Positions 30,934 to 41,057 are shown, numbered from the stretch's first letter. The stretch: 64,000 nt of DNA from a bacterium (GCA_963675295.2 CAXXKJ010000002.1:1600001-1664000); one strand, 5' to 3'. A program made the numbers and translations. Notes: a model not told the origin generated them from the letters alone.

Positions 30934-31356
30934 TCACACCCTCGCATGTGGGGAGCGTTTGTGTTCGGAACGGTTGCTGGTTGTGCGTGATGTCTCCGGC
31001 GGTTCGATCAGGAGGTCGGCGGGGATGCCGAGGTCGTGGTGCAGGCGTTGGATCATGCTTTTGCTCAGCGGACGTGCGCCGGACAGAACCTCGCTGACTT
31101 TGGACGCCGACCCGAGATACGGGATCATGTCCTTCTGCTTCAGCCCCCGTTCTTCCATGATGAACTCGATAATTTCGAGCGGCGTGACAGGGTCGGTGAA
31201 GTAGACCCGGGATTCGTAGTCGTCGACGAGATATCCCAGCAACTCCAGCCGGTTTGCTTCGGGAGTTCCATCTGCTGGATCGAGGTCAAACAGCTTCCTC
31301 AGCTCCTTCATCGCCTCCGCGTGTTCCTCGGCAGTTTTTATCACTTTCGGGGTCAT
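30934..31356 (-). CDS. higA: HigA-type antitoxin (XRE HTH)
   Basis: MTPKVIKTAEEHAEAM...RLELLGYLVDDYE...MEERGLKQKDM...VSEVLSGARPLS...LGIPADLLI; GGAGG RBS. Confidence 0.9.
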   Translation of the reverse strand: MTPKVIKTAEEHAEAMKELRKLFDLDPADGTPEANRLELLGYLVDDYESRVYFTDPVTPLEIIEFIMEERGLKQKDMIPYLGSASKVSEVLSGARPLSKSMIQRLHHDLGIPADLLIEPPETSRTTSNRSEHKRSPHARV

Positions 31357-31366
31357 ACCGCACCTC

Positions 31367-31651
31367 CTACAACTGGCGTTTGCTGTATTCCGCATGAGTC
31401 CCGATCCATTCGATCAGACACATACCGTTTCTGAATCGTACCTCAACAACGAGCCTGTACTTGTTTCCGCCGAGGTTGAAGATGGCACGCTGGTCGCCAA
31501 TAAAATCAGTGGACCCGAACGTTTGCTTGATGTCATGAGGTGACTTCCAATCAACTCTTTGCACAATTCGTACCCATCGCAAGACGGGTCCACGGGCCTG
31601 AGCGTGTTTCTTCACGAATTTGTCAAGAATGTCACGTCCAAACACCTTCAT
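31367..31651 (-). CDS. higB: HigB-type mRNA interferase toxin
   Basis: WKSPHDIKQTFGSTD...AIFNLGGNKYRLVV...WIGTHAEY; toxin-first order typical of higBA. Confidence 0.92.
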   Translation of the reverse strand: MKVFGRDILDKFVKKHAQARGPVLRWVRIVQRVDWKSPHDIKQTFGSTDFIGDQRAIFNLGGNKYRLVVEVRFRNGMCLIEWIGTHAEYSKRQL

Positions 31652-31689
31652 GGATGTCCCCACTCAAGACTTCAGAATATATAGCACGG

Positions 31690-31728
31690 TTCCCAAAATG
31701 GGAAGAATAAATATTCCCAAAACGGGAA
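31690..31728. promoter_or_regulatory. Two palindromic operators upstream of higBA
   Basis: TTCCCAAAATGGGAA (31690-31704) and TTCCCAAAACGGGAA (31714-31728). Confidence 0.8.
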
Positions 31729-31745
31729 CTCCTGGAGCCGCTACG

Positions 31746-31771
31746 AAACCCGGGTCACGAGATGACCCGGG
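31746..31771 (-). terminator. Hairpin terminator after the helicase gene
   Basis: CCCGGGTCA-N5-TGACCCGGG followed by TTT on the minus strand. Confidence 0.65.
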
Positions 31772-31778
31772 CCACCCA

Positions 31779-31824
31779 GGCCATCGCCTAGGGCCCAGAG
31801 CCCACAGCCCATAGCCTATAGCCC
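31779..31824 (-). repeat. Heptamer array overlapping the helicase stop codon
   Basis: Plus strand gcctagg gcccaga gcccaca gcccata gcctata gccc; CCACAGCCCATAGCC is also present near 2205-2219. Confidence 0.7.
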
Positions 31825-34800
31825 GCTGAACAGATCCGCCTCGCCCATGATCTGTTTCAGTGGCAGGTCGACGGGCAGCTTGGCGAGTTCGCCGTGGCGT
31901 TCGAGGACTGCGTAGCCGTGTTCGCAGATGTAGTCGAACAGTTTCCAGGTGACTTCGACGTCCATCTTGCAGTATTCGATGATCTCCTTGACCTTGCCTT
32001 CTTTCCACCAGGCGAGGGACTGCAGGCCGTCGGCGGACTTCTTCGCGTTCAGGGTGGCTTTCGCGAGGTCGTCCAGTTTCATCCGGAAGCCGTGCCGGTT
32101 ACTGATTTCCTCGAGCAGGTCGAGGTTGTTCATCGCGCGGAGGTCGTCCCCGGTGTACGCGGTGAGCACGGCATTGTCGAAGCGTTTGTTGTTGTAGCCG
32201 ACGACCAGTTCGGCCTGTTGCAGGCGTTTGATCAGGGCTTCGGCGTCTTTTTCTTCGTAGACGAGGTACTTGCCGGTGTTGCGTTCGTAGATGACGCCGA
32301 TCGCGAGCCGCATCAGGTGGATGTTCTGCCAGCCGCCGACTTCGGTGGCGGAGAGTTGCGTTTCGAGGTCAAAGACAACAATGTCGCGTCCTTCGCAGAA
32401 CGGGATCAGGGATTCGTAGGGGTCATCCAGCGTACGTGGGCGCTGCTTGTTCATGCTGCCATCTCCAGCTTCACCGGTTGGGTCCGGTGTTGATTCTCCG
32501 TTTGTCCCGCCGCGTGGTGGGATCGGATGTGTCTGCGCGGTGCCTTCGCTGCCGAACGCACCGGTGGCCAGGTTTTCGTCAGCTCGTAGCTCAGGGCCGC
32601 CGGTCAAATGTTCCAGCAGCCGGACGGCTCCCTCTTTGTCGAGGGGCTGGTTGCCGTGCCCGCATTTGGGCGAATGGACGCAGCTTGGGCACCCGTCCTC
32701 GCACGGGCAGTCACGGACCAGCTCGAGCACCCGTTGGAACAGCTCGTCGAGGACGTCGTACGCGCGGTTCGCGAGGCCGAGCCCGCCGGGGTGGCCGTCG
32801 TAAAGGAACACTGCCGCGCCGCCGGTTCCCGGGTGACGGGTGAACGATATGCCGCCAAGATCGTTGCGATCGCACAGGGCGAACAACGGCATCAGCGCGA
32901 GGGATGCGTGTTCGGAGGCGTGCAGCGATCCCATCGGATGGCGTTTTTCGTCCAGCAGGCCGGCGATGGCGGTTTGTGGCGGTTCGAACCACAGGCCAAC
33001 GGTTTCGTAGACGACTGGCGGCAGGTCGAGTTCGTGCTCGCTGATTTTCTCCCGGCTGGCGGTGGACCGGCGCTCGTAGCCGACGACACGTTCCGTCACC
33101 TTCAGTTTGCCCAACGATACCTTATAGCGGTCGGTCTCACGGGACTCGAAGACCTCGAGGATCTCGGTGTCCTTCTCCGAGCGGGCCTGGGTGTACCACG
33201 GGACATCTGTCTTCTGCGCGATGGCTTCCCGTTTGCCGAGGTCGAGGTGGGTGACGAGGTAGTCGTTCCCGTGGTGCAGGTACACCGCGCCGGGGTGGCA
33301 TTCGATCAGTGCCTGCCAACCGTTGACCTTGCCGATCAGGCGGCCGGTGCCGTCCTCGTGGATGCCGAAGGTTTCACCGCCGCCACGGATGTCGATGCCA
33401 CGTTGCGGCTGCTTCTCCTTCGCAAACCACACCTGCCCCTTGACCGCTTCCAGCAGGCGCTCGTCTGCGACCAGCTCGTCCACGTAGTCGCCGACGTCGT
33501 CCCGCCGGTAGATCGGATCGTTGGCACGGAGCGGCGTTTCCTGCGCCGCCGCGACGAGGTGCGCTTTCAGCAGGTACGGGTTCGCCGGATCGACCACCGC
33601 CGACTCCGCCGAGCGGGCGAAAAAGTCGCGCGGGTGACGCATCCAGTATTGGTCCAACGCGTCCGGCAACGCGAGCAGGAAGATCGCGCTGTCCCGGTTT
33701 TGCCGGCCCGCACGTCCGCCACGTTGCCACGTGCTCGCGATCGACCCGGGATAGCCAACCAGCACGGCGACGTCCAGCCCGCCGATGTCGATGCCCATCT
33801 CGAGGGCGGAAGTGGCGATGACGCCGTCCAGTTCGCCGGTCAGCAGCTTGTGTTCGATCTCGCGACGTTCCTTCGGCAGGTAGCCGGAACGGTACGCGCT
33901 GATGCGTCCGATCAGCTCCGGGTTGGACTGCAGCGTCCAGTTGTGGATCAGTTCCGTCATCCGCCGCGCCTTGGTGAAGACGATCGTCTTTAACCCGGCG
34001 GCGGTGGTATCGGCGAGTAGTTTGACGGCGGAGGTGTAGAGGCTGCCCATCGGGTTGACGAACAGGACATGCCGTGACGCCTGCGGGGCGCCGTTGCTGT
34101 CGACCACCGCGAACGGTTCTCCGACCAGCGTTTCCGCAAGTTCGCCGGGATTGGCGATGGTCGCGGAGGCAGCGATGAACTGCGGCCGGGTGCGGTGGAA
34201 GATGCAGACGCGGCGCAAACGGCGGATGACCTGCAGCACATGCGAGCCGAACACGCCCTTGTAGTTGTGGAGTTCATCCACGACGACGTAACGCAGGTTC
34301 TCGAACAGCCCTTCCCACTGGGTGTGAAATGGCAGCAGGCCGTGGTTGATCATGTCCGGGTTGGTCAGCAAGAGGTTTGGCGGGTTCTTGCGGATCTTGG
34401 CGCGGCGGGACTGCGGCGTGTCGCCGTCATAGATATCGACGCTGACCTGCCCGATCAGCCCGGCATCCTGGATCAACGCCTGAATCTTCTTCAGCTGGTC
34501 CTGCGCCAGCGCCTTGATCGGAAACAGCAGCAACGCACGGGTCTGCGGTTCGGCGATGATGCGTTCGAAGATCGGCAACAGGTAATTCAGCGTCTTGCCT
34601 GACGCGGTCGGGGTGACGGTGACGACGTTCTTGCCGTCGCGCGCGTGCTGAATCCCCTCGACCTGGTGGCTGTACAAACGCTCGATATTCATCGCGCGCA
34701 GTGCGTGCCGTAACGGTTCCGGCAGGGTCGGATTCAACGCACGGGTGATGGCGGCGTGCCCCTCCAGCACCTCGTGGTGGACGATGTCCCGGCCGGTCTT

Positions 34801-34890
34801 GTCGTCGTGGATCAGGCGGTCGAGGAACGTCCGGAGGTCGGTGGGATCCAGTTCGACAAAGGGGCGTTTTCGTGATCGGTGCGAGTGCAT
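31816..34890 (-). CDS. DEAD/DEAH helicase with DUF1998 (MrfA/YprA/Hrq1 family) fused to a C-terminal RNase H-like DEDD exonuclease (MrfB/YprB-like)
   Basis: TPTASGKT, DELH, SAT, QRGGRAGR, CPCEDGCPSC; after a linker VFDLETQ, GYNNKRFD, YCKMDV. Confidence 0.9.
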   Translation of the reverse strand: MHSHRSRKRPFVELDPTDLRTFLDRLIHDDKTGRDIVHHEVLEGHAAITRALNPTLPEPLRHALRAMNIERLYSHQVEGIQHARDGKNVVTVTPTASGKTLNYLLPIFERIIAEPQTRALLLFPIKALAQDQLKKIQALIQDAGLIGQVSVDIYDGDTPQSRRAKIRKNPPNLLLTNPDMINHGLLPFHTQWEGLFENLRYVVVDELHNYKGVFGSHVLQVIRRLRRVCIFHRTRPQFIAASATIANPGELAETLVGEPFAVVDSNGAPQASRHVLFVNPMGSLYTSAVKLLADTTAAGLKTIVFTKARRMTELIHNWTLQSNPELIGRISAYRSGYLPKERREIEHKLLTGELDGVIATSALEMGIDIGGLDVAVLVGYPGSIASTWQRGGRAGRQNRDSAIFLLALPDALDQYWMRHPRDFFARSAESAVVDPANPYLLKAHLVAAAQETPLRANDPIYRRDDVGDYVDELVADERLLEAVKGQVWFAKEKQPQRGIDIRGGGETFGIHEDGTGRLIGKVNGWQALIECHPGAVYLHHGNDYLVTHLDLGKREAIAQKTDVPWYTQARSEKDTEILEVFESRETDRYKVSLGKLKVTERVVGYERRSTASREKISEHELDLPPVVYETVGLWFEPPQTAIAGLLDEKRHPMGSLHASEHASLALMPLFALCDRNDLGGISFTRHPGTGGAAVFLYDGHPGGLGLANRAYDVLDELFQRVLELVRDCPCEDGCPSCVHSPKCGHGNQPLDKEGAVRLLEHLTGGPELRADENLATGAFGSEGTAQTHPIPPRGGTNGESTPDPTGEAGDGSMNKQRPRTLDDPYESLIPFCEGRDIVVFDLETQLSATEVGGWQNIHLMRLAIGVIYERNTGKYLVYEEKDAEALIKRLQQAELVVGYNNKRFDNAVLTAYTGDDLRAMNNLDLLEEISNRHGFRMKLDDLAKATLNAKKSADGLQSLAWWKEGKVKEIIEYCKMDVEVTWKLFDYICEHGYAVLERHGELAKLPVDLPLKQIMGEADLFSGL

Positions 34891-35065
34891 GGCCAGAAAG
34901 TACACATCAGTTCAGGCAGATGCGAATGGGAAGTTCGGGAGAGCGTCAAGAAACGGTTGAGGAAAATGTGTAAGTCGGCCTAACAACTTGACAGGACAGA
35001 GATTGGAAGTGTGGCAGGCACAGAAAATGCGGGGTTTCAGCGCTACGTACTTCGCAGTGACGGTA

Positions 35066-35743
35066 TCACTTGCGCAAATAAGAAGGGATCTTGTGACGGG
35101 TGTAGAGTAGCGCCTCACGGATGTCATCCCACCACGTCGAGACGACTCCCTTTTGCAGCGCGCGGTCGGGCGCGATGTAGACATGCTCGCGCAGGGTACG
35201 GGAAACCCCACGGCGGCGCATGTTGCTGATCAAGTAGAAATCCTCACACTCGTGCCAGTACGGCAGACCGCCGAGGGCGACCAGATCATCGCGGCGGACG
35301 GTGACCGCCTGAATGCCGGTGGGATGGCCGAGGAAGATCGCGCGGAAGTTGAACCACGCCGCGAGTAGAGCGAGCTCGGGACGGTTGGATTGGAAACCAA
35401 CCCGGAACGAAGTCAAACTGACGGCTTCGTTGCGGAAGGTTTTGCGGAGTACCTTGCCGGCGTTTGAGGGTAGCACGGTATCCGGTCGCAGGAAACAGAC
35501 GAGGTCGGTGGTGGTGGCTTTCCAGCCGTCGTCGAGCTGACGGCCACGAATAGCTTCTGACTTGAGGACCCGGGCGCCAAAATCGCGGGCGACCTTTCGG
35601 GTGTTGTCACTGCTGCCGCCATCCACGACGATCACTTCGTCAAACCCGCACTCGTTGAGCGCACGGTGGATTGTCCTCCCAAGAACGCGTTCATCGTTCC
35701 CGGTGGCGATGACAGCAGTCAACGTGATGGGGGCATCAGACAA
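35066..35743 (-). CDS. Glycosyltransferase family 2 (TIGR04283-like)
   Basis: EVIVVDGGSSDNT, RGRQLDDG, CEDFY; the usual FLHAD motif reads FLRPD. Confidence 0.8.
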   Translation of the reverse strand: MSDAPITLTAVIATGNDERVLGRTIHRALNECGFDEVIVVDGGSSDNTRKVARDFGARVLKSEAIRGRQLDDGWKATTTDLVCFLRPDTVLPSNAGKVLRKTFRNEAVSLTSFRVGFQSNRPELALLAAWFNFRAIFLGHPTGIQAVTVRRDDLVALGGLPYWHECEDFYLISNMRRRGVSRTLREHVYIAPDRALQKGVVSTWWDDIREALLYTRHKIPSYLRK

Positions 35744-35773
35744 CGGAAATCCCTTTCCCTGCCCTGTGATGGT

Positions 35774-36445
35774 TTACCACAACCCAGCCGCTAAAGCGCG
35801 TTCCCTCAACGCGCGATACACTCGAATATTCAGGTCTGCCCCTGTGATCCCGGTGTGTAGCAACGGGTCGTGTGGTTCGTCTTCAATCCCCAACTCAGCT
35901 GCGAGGTTCGTTCCAGACAGGCCTCGCATTCCAACAGCCCACGCCATGGAAGGTACATCCATAACATAATAAAAATACAAACTTCGTATCGAACTCTCAT
36001 GCGCTGAAAATGTTGCCTCCAAGAAGGACGCATCAAACCAGCTGTTGAACGCAATCAGGATGACTTGCTGAGTATCCTTGACGATATCATTGTGGAAGGA
36101 TGTAATTCTGTGAACAAGATCAGCCGAGGAGATTGTTTCCAGCGTCTCCCACCGTTCAACGGAAAACCCGTTGACAGAGGCAGCTTCCGGCGATGTTCGT
36201 TCAGGATATTTGGGCATCACCCGTTCGAACAGGCGTCCGAGTTCACGTCCCTCGAGATCCGAATAGATCAATCCGATGTCAATGATCTCGTGGTAGCCTG
36301 GTGTCAGTCCGGTAGTCTCAACGTCAACAAATGCCAGCAGCCAATTCTCCGGATCTTCGGGCGGCCAGCGGAGTTCCTGACTTAATCCCAAATCTGCGAA
36401 GCTAACTGCACAAAGAAAGATAAGAAATAGACGGCGGATCACCAA
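35774..36445 (-). CDS. DEDDh/DnaQ-like 3'-5' exonuclease-domain protein with predicted signal peptide
   Basis: N-terminal RR + hydrophobic stretch; ExoI FVDVETTGL, ExoII AFNSWFD, ExoIII-like LLHTGITGAD. Confidence 0.8.
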   Translation of the reverse strand: MVIRRLFLIFLCAVSFADLGLSQELRWPPEDPENWLLAFVDVETTGLTPGYHEIIDIGLIYSDLEGRELGRLFERVMPKYPERTSPEAASVNGFSVERWETLETISSADLVHRITSFHNDIVKDTQQVILIAFNSWFDASFLEATFSAHESSIRSLYFYYVMDVPSMAWAVGMRGLSGTNLAAELGIEDEPHDPLLHTGITGADLNIRVYRALRERALAAGLW

Positions 36446-36493
36446 ATCCCTCTTCTTGTTACCGCAGTCAGAATTAGCCGCACTTCGCGCGTG

Positions 36494-37621
36494 CTAACGA
36501 TCCATGGGATTGCTGATGATTTGTGAGGTTTCTGCCAACCACGAGTTGAAAGTACCCTCACGAATCTCGGTTCGTGCACGCTCCAGGAGGCGGTAGTAGA
36601 AGGTCAGATTGTGCGCGGTGGCCAGCTTCATTGCGAGCAGTTCTCCGGCGATGAACAAGTGCCTCAGGTAGGCACGCGAATACTGCGAACACAACGGGCA
36701 CGGGCAGCCGTCTTCCACCGGGCGCGGGTCCGCCGCCCATTGGGCGTTGCGCAGGTTCATCCGTCCGTGGAACGTGTACAGGCTGGCGCGGCGCCCGTTG
36801 CGTGTCGGCACGACACAGTCGAACAGGTCAACGCCACGGGAGATGGCGTCCAGCAGATCGTCCGGAGTACCGACACCCATAGCGTAACGTGGACGGTCAT
36901 CTGGCAGGATCGCCGTGGTCCAGTCGATCGCTTCCTGCGTTTTGCCGGTTTCCTCACCCACAGCGAGCCCGCCGATGGCGTAAATGGGGTGGTTCAGCCC
37001 GGCGTATCGCTCAGCTTCCCGTTTGCGCAGATCCTCGAAGAACGAACCTTGCACAATCGGAACGAGTGTTTGTTCGTGACCGTACAGCGGTTCGGTGGCG
37101 GCGAAACGGTCCAGTGCGCGTTGCAACCAACGCCAGGTGCGTTCGGCGGCGTGATCGGCCTGTTCATGGGTTACCGGCCAGCCGACCAGTTCATCCAGCG
37201 GCATCGCGAAGTCAGGTCCGATCGAACGTTGAATATCGACGACGGTTTCCGGCGTGAACAGGTGCGGAGACCCGTCGATGTGCGAACGGAACTCGACGCC
37301 GTCCTCGTTAATCGTGCGGATCTGGGCGAGGGACAACACCTGGAAGCCGCCGGAGTCGACGAGGATCGGTTTGTCCCATGCCATGAACTTGTGCAGGCCG
37401 CCCATTTCCTCGAGCACCGCAGTGCCGGGGCGGAGGTAGAGGTGGTAGGCGTTCGAGAGGCAGATTTGTGCGCCGTAGCCGGCCAGTTCACGCGCTTCGA
37501 TGCCTTTGACGGTCCCGACGGTCCCGACGGCCATGAAGGCGGGCGTCTCGATGCTGCCGTGATCGGTGGTCAGGGTGCCGGTTCGGGCACGGTCGTCGCG
37601 ATGCTTGAGTTCGAACGTCAT
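36494..37621 (-). CDS. tgt: Queuine tRNA-ribosyltransferase (tRNA-guanine transglycosylase)
   Basis: TPAFMAVGT, NAYHLYLRPG, DSGGFQV, FRSHIDGS, AIGGLAVGE, DLFDCVVPTRNGR, CPCPLC...HN zinc site. Confidence 0.98.
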   Translation of the reverse strand: MTFELKHRDDRARTGTLTTDHGSIETPAFMAVGTVGTVKGIEARELAGYGAQICLSNAYHLYLRPGTAVLEEMGGLHKFMAWDKPILVDSGGFQVLSLAQIRTINEDGVEFRSHIDGSPHLFTPETVVDIQRSIGPDFAMPLDELVGWPVTHEQADHAAERTWRWLQRALDRFAATEPLYGHEQTLVPIVQGSFFEDLRKREAERYAGLNHPIYAIGGLAVGEETGKTQEAIDWTTAILPDDRPRYAMGVGTPDDLLDAISRGVDLFDCVVPTRNGRRASLYTFHGRMNLRNAQWAADPRPVEDGCPCPLCSQYSRAYLRHLFIAGELLAMKLATAHNLTFYYRLLERARTEIREGTFNSWLAETSQIISNPMDR

Positions 37622-37676
37622 GGTTGCCGGAACGTCCCGTTGTGCGTTGATGAAAGCCTCAGAATCCCGCCGCTAA

Positions 37677-38648
37677 TCATACCCACCGCATCCGCCGGAA
37701 GAGGATCCATTCGATGATCGCGATGAACACGAGGAAGATGCAGACCAGCGCGAAGGCGTACGGGTTCTCGGTGCCCGGGATGCCGCCGACGTTAATCCCC
37801 AGCAGCCCGGTCAGCAACCCGAGCGGGAGGAAGATCGCGGCGACAATCGAAAGCATGTACATCGTCTTGTTCATCTGCGTGCCCAGCCGATTTTCAAGTT
37901 CGTCCTGGGCAACAGCTGCGCGGTCACGGGCGGAGTCAAGGTCTTCGACGTAGCGTGTGATGTGATCGGCGACTTCACGGATGCGCATCCGGTCGAGGTC
38001 TGTAAGCCAACTGACCTTGGCCGATTGCATCTGTGTCAACGCCTCCCGTTGTGGTGACAGGTAGCGTCGCATGCGGATCACCTGGCGACGGATGTTGCTG
38101 AGTTCGGTGCGCAGGCTGCTGGATTTTGCATCGAGGATCGCGTCCTCCAGTTCATCCACGGCGTCGTCGAGTTCGGCGAGTACGTCCGCCATCCGTTCCG
38201 CCAGCCGGTCGGCGAGGTCAACGATGAATTCGCCGGGGCTGGAGGGACCGTCTCCCTTGCGCAACGCCTGTCGAAGATCATCGGCCGCCATGATACGTTT
38301 GCGGCGCACGGTGATGATGCGTTCCGGTTCAAGCCAGACACGCACGGTGATCATCTGCTCCGGATCATCGCCGGGATTGAGATTGACACCGCGCAGGATG
38401 ACCAGCATCCCATCCCCATGAGAGAATGTACGTGGGCGGGTGTCGTCGGCGAGCAGGGCTTCGACGACCAGCGGATCAAGGCCGCTCTCCTCTTCAAACC
38501 AGTCGTCGGTTTCGTCCGCTTCGAGGAAAAAGTGCAGCCAGGTAAGGCCGTCCTGGGCTGTGAGTTTGTCGGCATTGCTACCGGTGACATCCTCACCGCC
38601 ACCCTGCCGGTCAAGGATAAAAGCGGAAACGAGGGCCGGTTCATCCAT
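37677..38648 (-). CDS. zntB: Zinc transporter ZntB (CorA family)
   Basis: TRPR, ILRGVNLNPG, RRYLSPQRE, GLLGINVGGIPG with two C-terminal TMs; AAGGAG RBS before ATG 38648. Confidence 0.88.
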   Translation of the reverse strand: MDEPALVSAFILDRQGGGEDVTGSNADKLTAQDGLTWLHFFLEADETDDWFEEESGLDPLVVEALLADDTRPRTFSHGDGMLVILRGVNLNPGDDPEQMITVRVWLEPERIITVRRKRIMAADDLRQALRKGDGPSSPGEFIVDLADRLAERMADVLAELDDAVDELEDAILDAKSSSLRTELSNIRRQVIRMRRYLSPQREALTQMQSAKVSWLTDLDRMRIREVADHITRYVEDLDSARDRAAVAQDELENRLGTQMNKTMYMLSIVAAIFLPLGLLTGLLGINVGGIPGTENPYAFALVCIFLVFIAIIEWILFRRMRWV

Positions 38649-38820
38649 GACGGTCTCCTTTCGGCGTGCCTGAAGTGACAGGAGCAAGATAAGGTACCAG
38701 CAAGAAGCGTGGGCAAGCAGAAATCGAACAGGGAAGGGACCGACGGGGATGCACAACGGTTCGCACTTACCGTACTACTATGGTCCTTGTGAGTTACCAA
38801 TAGTTCTTATTCGGATCAAG

Positions 38821-38900
38821 AAAATGCCCCTGCAACCGCCGCAGGCGATAGCAGGGGATACTGTCCGTTCTGTGCCCCTGATGGCTAAGCCAGCAGGGAT
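38821..38900 (-). terminator. Tandem hairpins downstream of the 38918-40822 gene
   Basis: CCCCTGC...GCAGGGG (with TTTT on the minus strand) and CCCTG...CAGGG. Confidence 0.55.
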
Positions 38901-38917
38901 GGTTGACGGGGTACGAT

Positions 38918-40822
38918 CTACCTGACGAGCATCACCTTCCGAACCTGGTCCATCTGTCCGGGAACGGTTGCGCGGACGAAATACAGCCCGCTGGCGAGAT
39001 GAGACGCGTTGAACACGAGCTCGTGAATCCCTGCCGAAACCTGTCCCTGGTTGATCAAGGCGACCTGTTGTCCCATGACGTTGTACACCGCAACGGTCAG
39101 CTCGGCGGCATCGGGTACTTGAACGGTGAGGGTCGCCATCGCGTTGAACGGGTTCGGCGTCACGGGCATCAGGCGGAAGTCCGCCGGGAAAGTCGCATCC
39201 GCTGGTTCCGAACCGTGGAAGTCGCCGGTAAGAACCCAGCCCGACTGCGGCATCTCGTTCAGATACGGCGGCGCTTCGTCTTCCTCGATGGTGAAGGTGA
39301 GGTGGGCGATCACGTCTGCGTGGAACGGGTAGTCGCCGAGCAGAACGGAGTATTCGTAACGCCCCGGCGGGATCGGGCTGGGAACAGTCTGCTGCACATC
39401 CAGTTCGGTCACACCTTCCGCGAACGTCACGTTCTGATAGCCATCAATGGTGGCGGAGTAACGGTTCTCCAGATCCCTGACCTGCACCCAGACATCGTAT
39501 TGTGTCGCGGGGCCGTGATTCAGCAACTCGAAAACGAACGGGAAGCTGCCACCCGTGGTGGAGAAGGTCAGATACCCCGGCGGGAGTAACGTCAGCTCCT
39601 TCGTTCCAGCCACATCACCGCCCAGCGAAGCGATGAACTGCTTGTGCTTGTACCCGTACGCATCGCTTCCCCGAGGTGACAGATCGCCCGAGGTCAGAAC
39701 GATACCATCCGCAGTCGCGACACTCACGCCATCTTCGAGGTCGTCCATCGCGTTGTTGGTTCCAACCAACCGTTGCCAGAGGATGTTGAGGTTTGTGTCC
39801 AGCATCATCACATGCAATTTCCTGCACAGGAAATCATCCTGCTCCCACGAGCCGGTGACCAGGATGTTGCTGTTGGGAAGCTGCTTCACCTCATGGAATT
39901 CATAGTCGTAGTCTTCGGCATCCCCCAGCGGAATCTCGATGACTTGTTGCACGCCCGGGCTGTCGGTGCTCAACACGGCAACTTCGACTCCGGGTGGAAT
40001 GCTGCCCATGAAATTGCGGGAGGTGAACCACAGCCAGCGACCGTCCGGAGTGACAATGCTACATTCCTCGGAAACAACATCATCCCAGGTCGGCCCGGTG
40101 TCGTAGATGAAGTGTCCCGACCACAACTGATTACCATTGGCGTCATACCGGGCGGTGAAGAGGCGTTCCACAGTCGGATACCAGCTCTTGTGGAAGCTGA
40201 CGACGTAGAAGCCCCCATCCGGTGCTTGCACAACGGACAGTGGATACGTGCGGGTGTAGCCCTGACCCGTCCGATGGCTCCAGATCGGGACGTACTCACC
40301 GTCCACAGGATGCGGATCTACTTTTGCGATCACCAGGTCCTCGTCACCGGCCAGCGTTTCCGCACTGCTGACTAGTACCACGAGGTATCCGTCAACGGTC
40401 ACCAGCATGTCGCCTGCCCGGTCATCCTGTCCCAGGTAGAGCGGACATACATCATCCATCCAGATGAACTCCGACATGTCGACCAGACCAATCATGGCAT
40501 GCGGGCGAGGCGCCTCTGAGTTTGACCAGTCATAGCCCAGGACCCACGCGCCATAATCTGGTCCTGCAACCAAGTCTGTCCATGTGATACGATCTGCATT
40601 AAGAGCCGTATAGTGCATATCATTCTTCCAATCCTCCACCGACAGGGTTCGGATCACACTGTGGTCTGTCAACGTGAGGATACTTCCATCCGGCACGATT
40701 TCCATGTCGATCGGACGATCATAGCCGAAGATGCCCGTTTCCAGGATCTGCGGTTGTGCGTTTGCGGAAAGTGGGAACAGCAGAAGCGAAAGAAGCAGAA
40801 TAGACAGCAGCGAGCGTAACAT
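38918..40822 (-). CDS. Secreted beta-propeller-like protein with shared beta-rich domain and T9SS-like CTD
   Basis: Signal peptide (SANA-Q); TARYDANGNQLW-type blades; TTGGSFPF...DVWVQV...PPGRYEY; VTPNPFN...KVMLVR. Confidence 0.85.
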   Translation of the reverse strand: MLRSLLSILLLSLLLFPLSANAQPQILETGIFGYDRPIDMEIVPDGSILTLTDHSVIRTLSVEDWKNDMHYTALNADRITWTDLVAGPDYGAWVLGYDWSNSEAPRPHAMIGLVDMSEFIWMDDVCPLYLGQDDRAGDMLVTVDGYLVVLVSSAETLAGDEDLVIAKVDPHPVDGEYVPIWSHRTGQGYTRTYPLSVVQAPDGGFYVVSFHKSWYPTVERLFTARYDANGNQLWSGHFIYDTGPTWDDVVSEECSIVTPDGRWLWFTSRNFMGSIPPGVEVAVLSTDSPGVQQVIEIPLGDAEDYDYEFHEVKQLPNSNILVTGSWEQDDFLCRKLHVMMLDTNLNILWQRLVGTNNAMDDLEDGVSVATADGIVLTSGDLSPRGSDAYGYKHKQFIASLGGDVAGTKELTLLPPGYLTFSTTGGSFPFVFELLNHGPATQYDVWVQVRDLENRYSATIDGYQNVTFAEGVTELDVQQTVPSPIPPGRYEYSVLLGDYPFHADVIAHLTFTIEEDEAPPYLNEMPQSGWVLTGDFHGSEPADATFPADFRLMPVTPNPFNAMATLTVQVPDAAELTVAVYNVMGQQVALINQGQVSAGIHELVFNASHLASGLYFVRATVPGQMDQVRKVMLVR

Positions 40823-41057
40823 GGTTCAGTCCTCCCCCCGATGTGAACCGTCCTGAGCAATCTGTCCTCAGATTGCCCGTGAAAATCGTCCAGGCGCGCT
40901 GGAACGTACCACAGTCACTCACAATGCCAAGGTATGTGTTGCCAGCGAGCGGTGGGCATGCCAACTGAAAATCTCTTTAAAAATCCAGCCGGTAGAATGT
41001 GTTAGGAGAGCTGTACTTTTTCGCGAAGTGAGCCGGTGCAGCCGGATTCCGAACAAA

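Noticed and set aside
31816-34890. DISARM DrmAB or Druantia defence helicase
   Set aside because: DUF1998 is on a Hrq1/MrfA-type helicase with host-like composition, and no methylase, drmC/D or dru genes are adjacent.
35012-35030. Sigma-54 promoter-like AGGCAC-N5-ATGC
   Set aside because: Imperfect match, and it points along the plus strand where there is no downstream gene.
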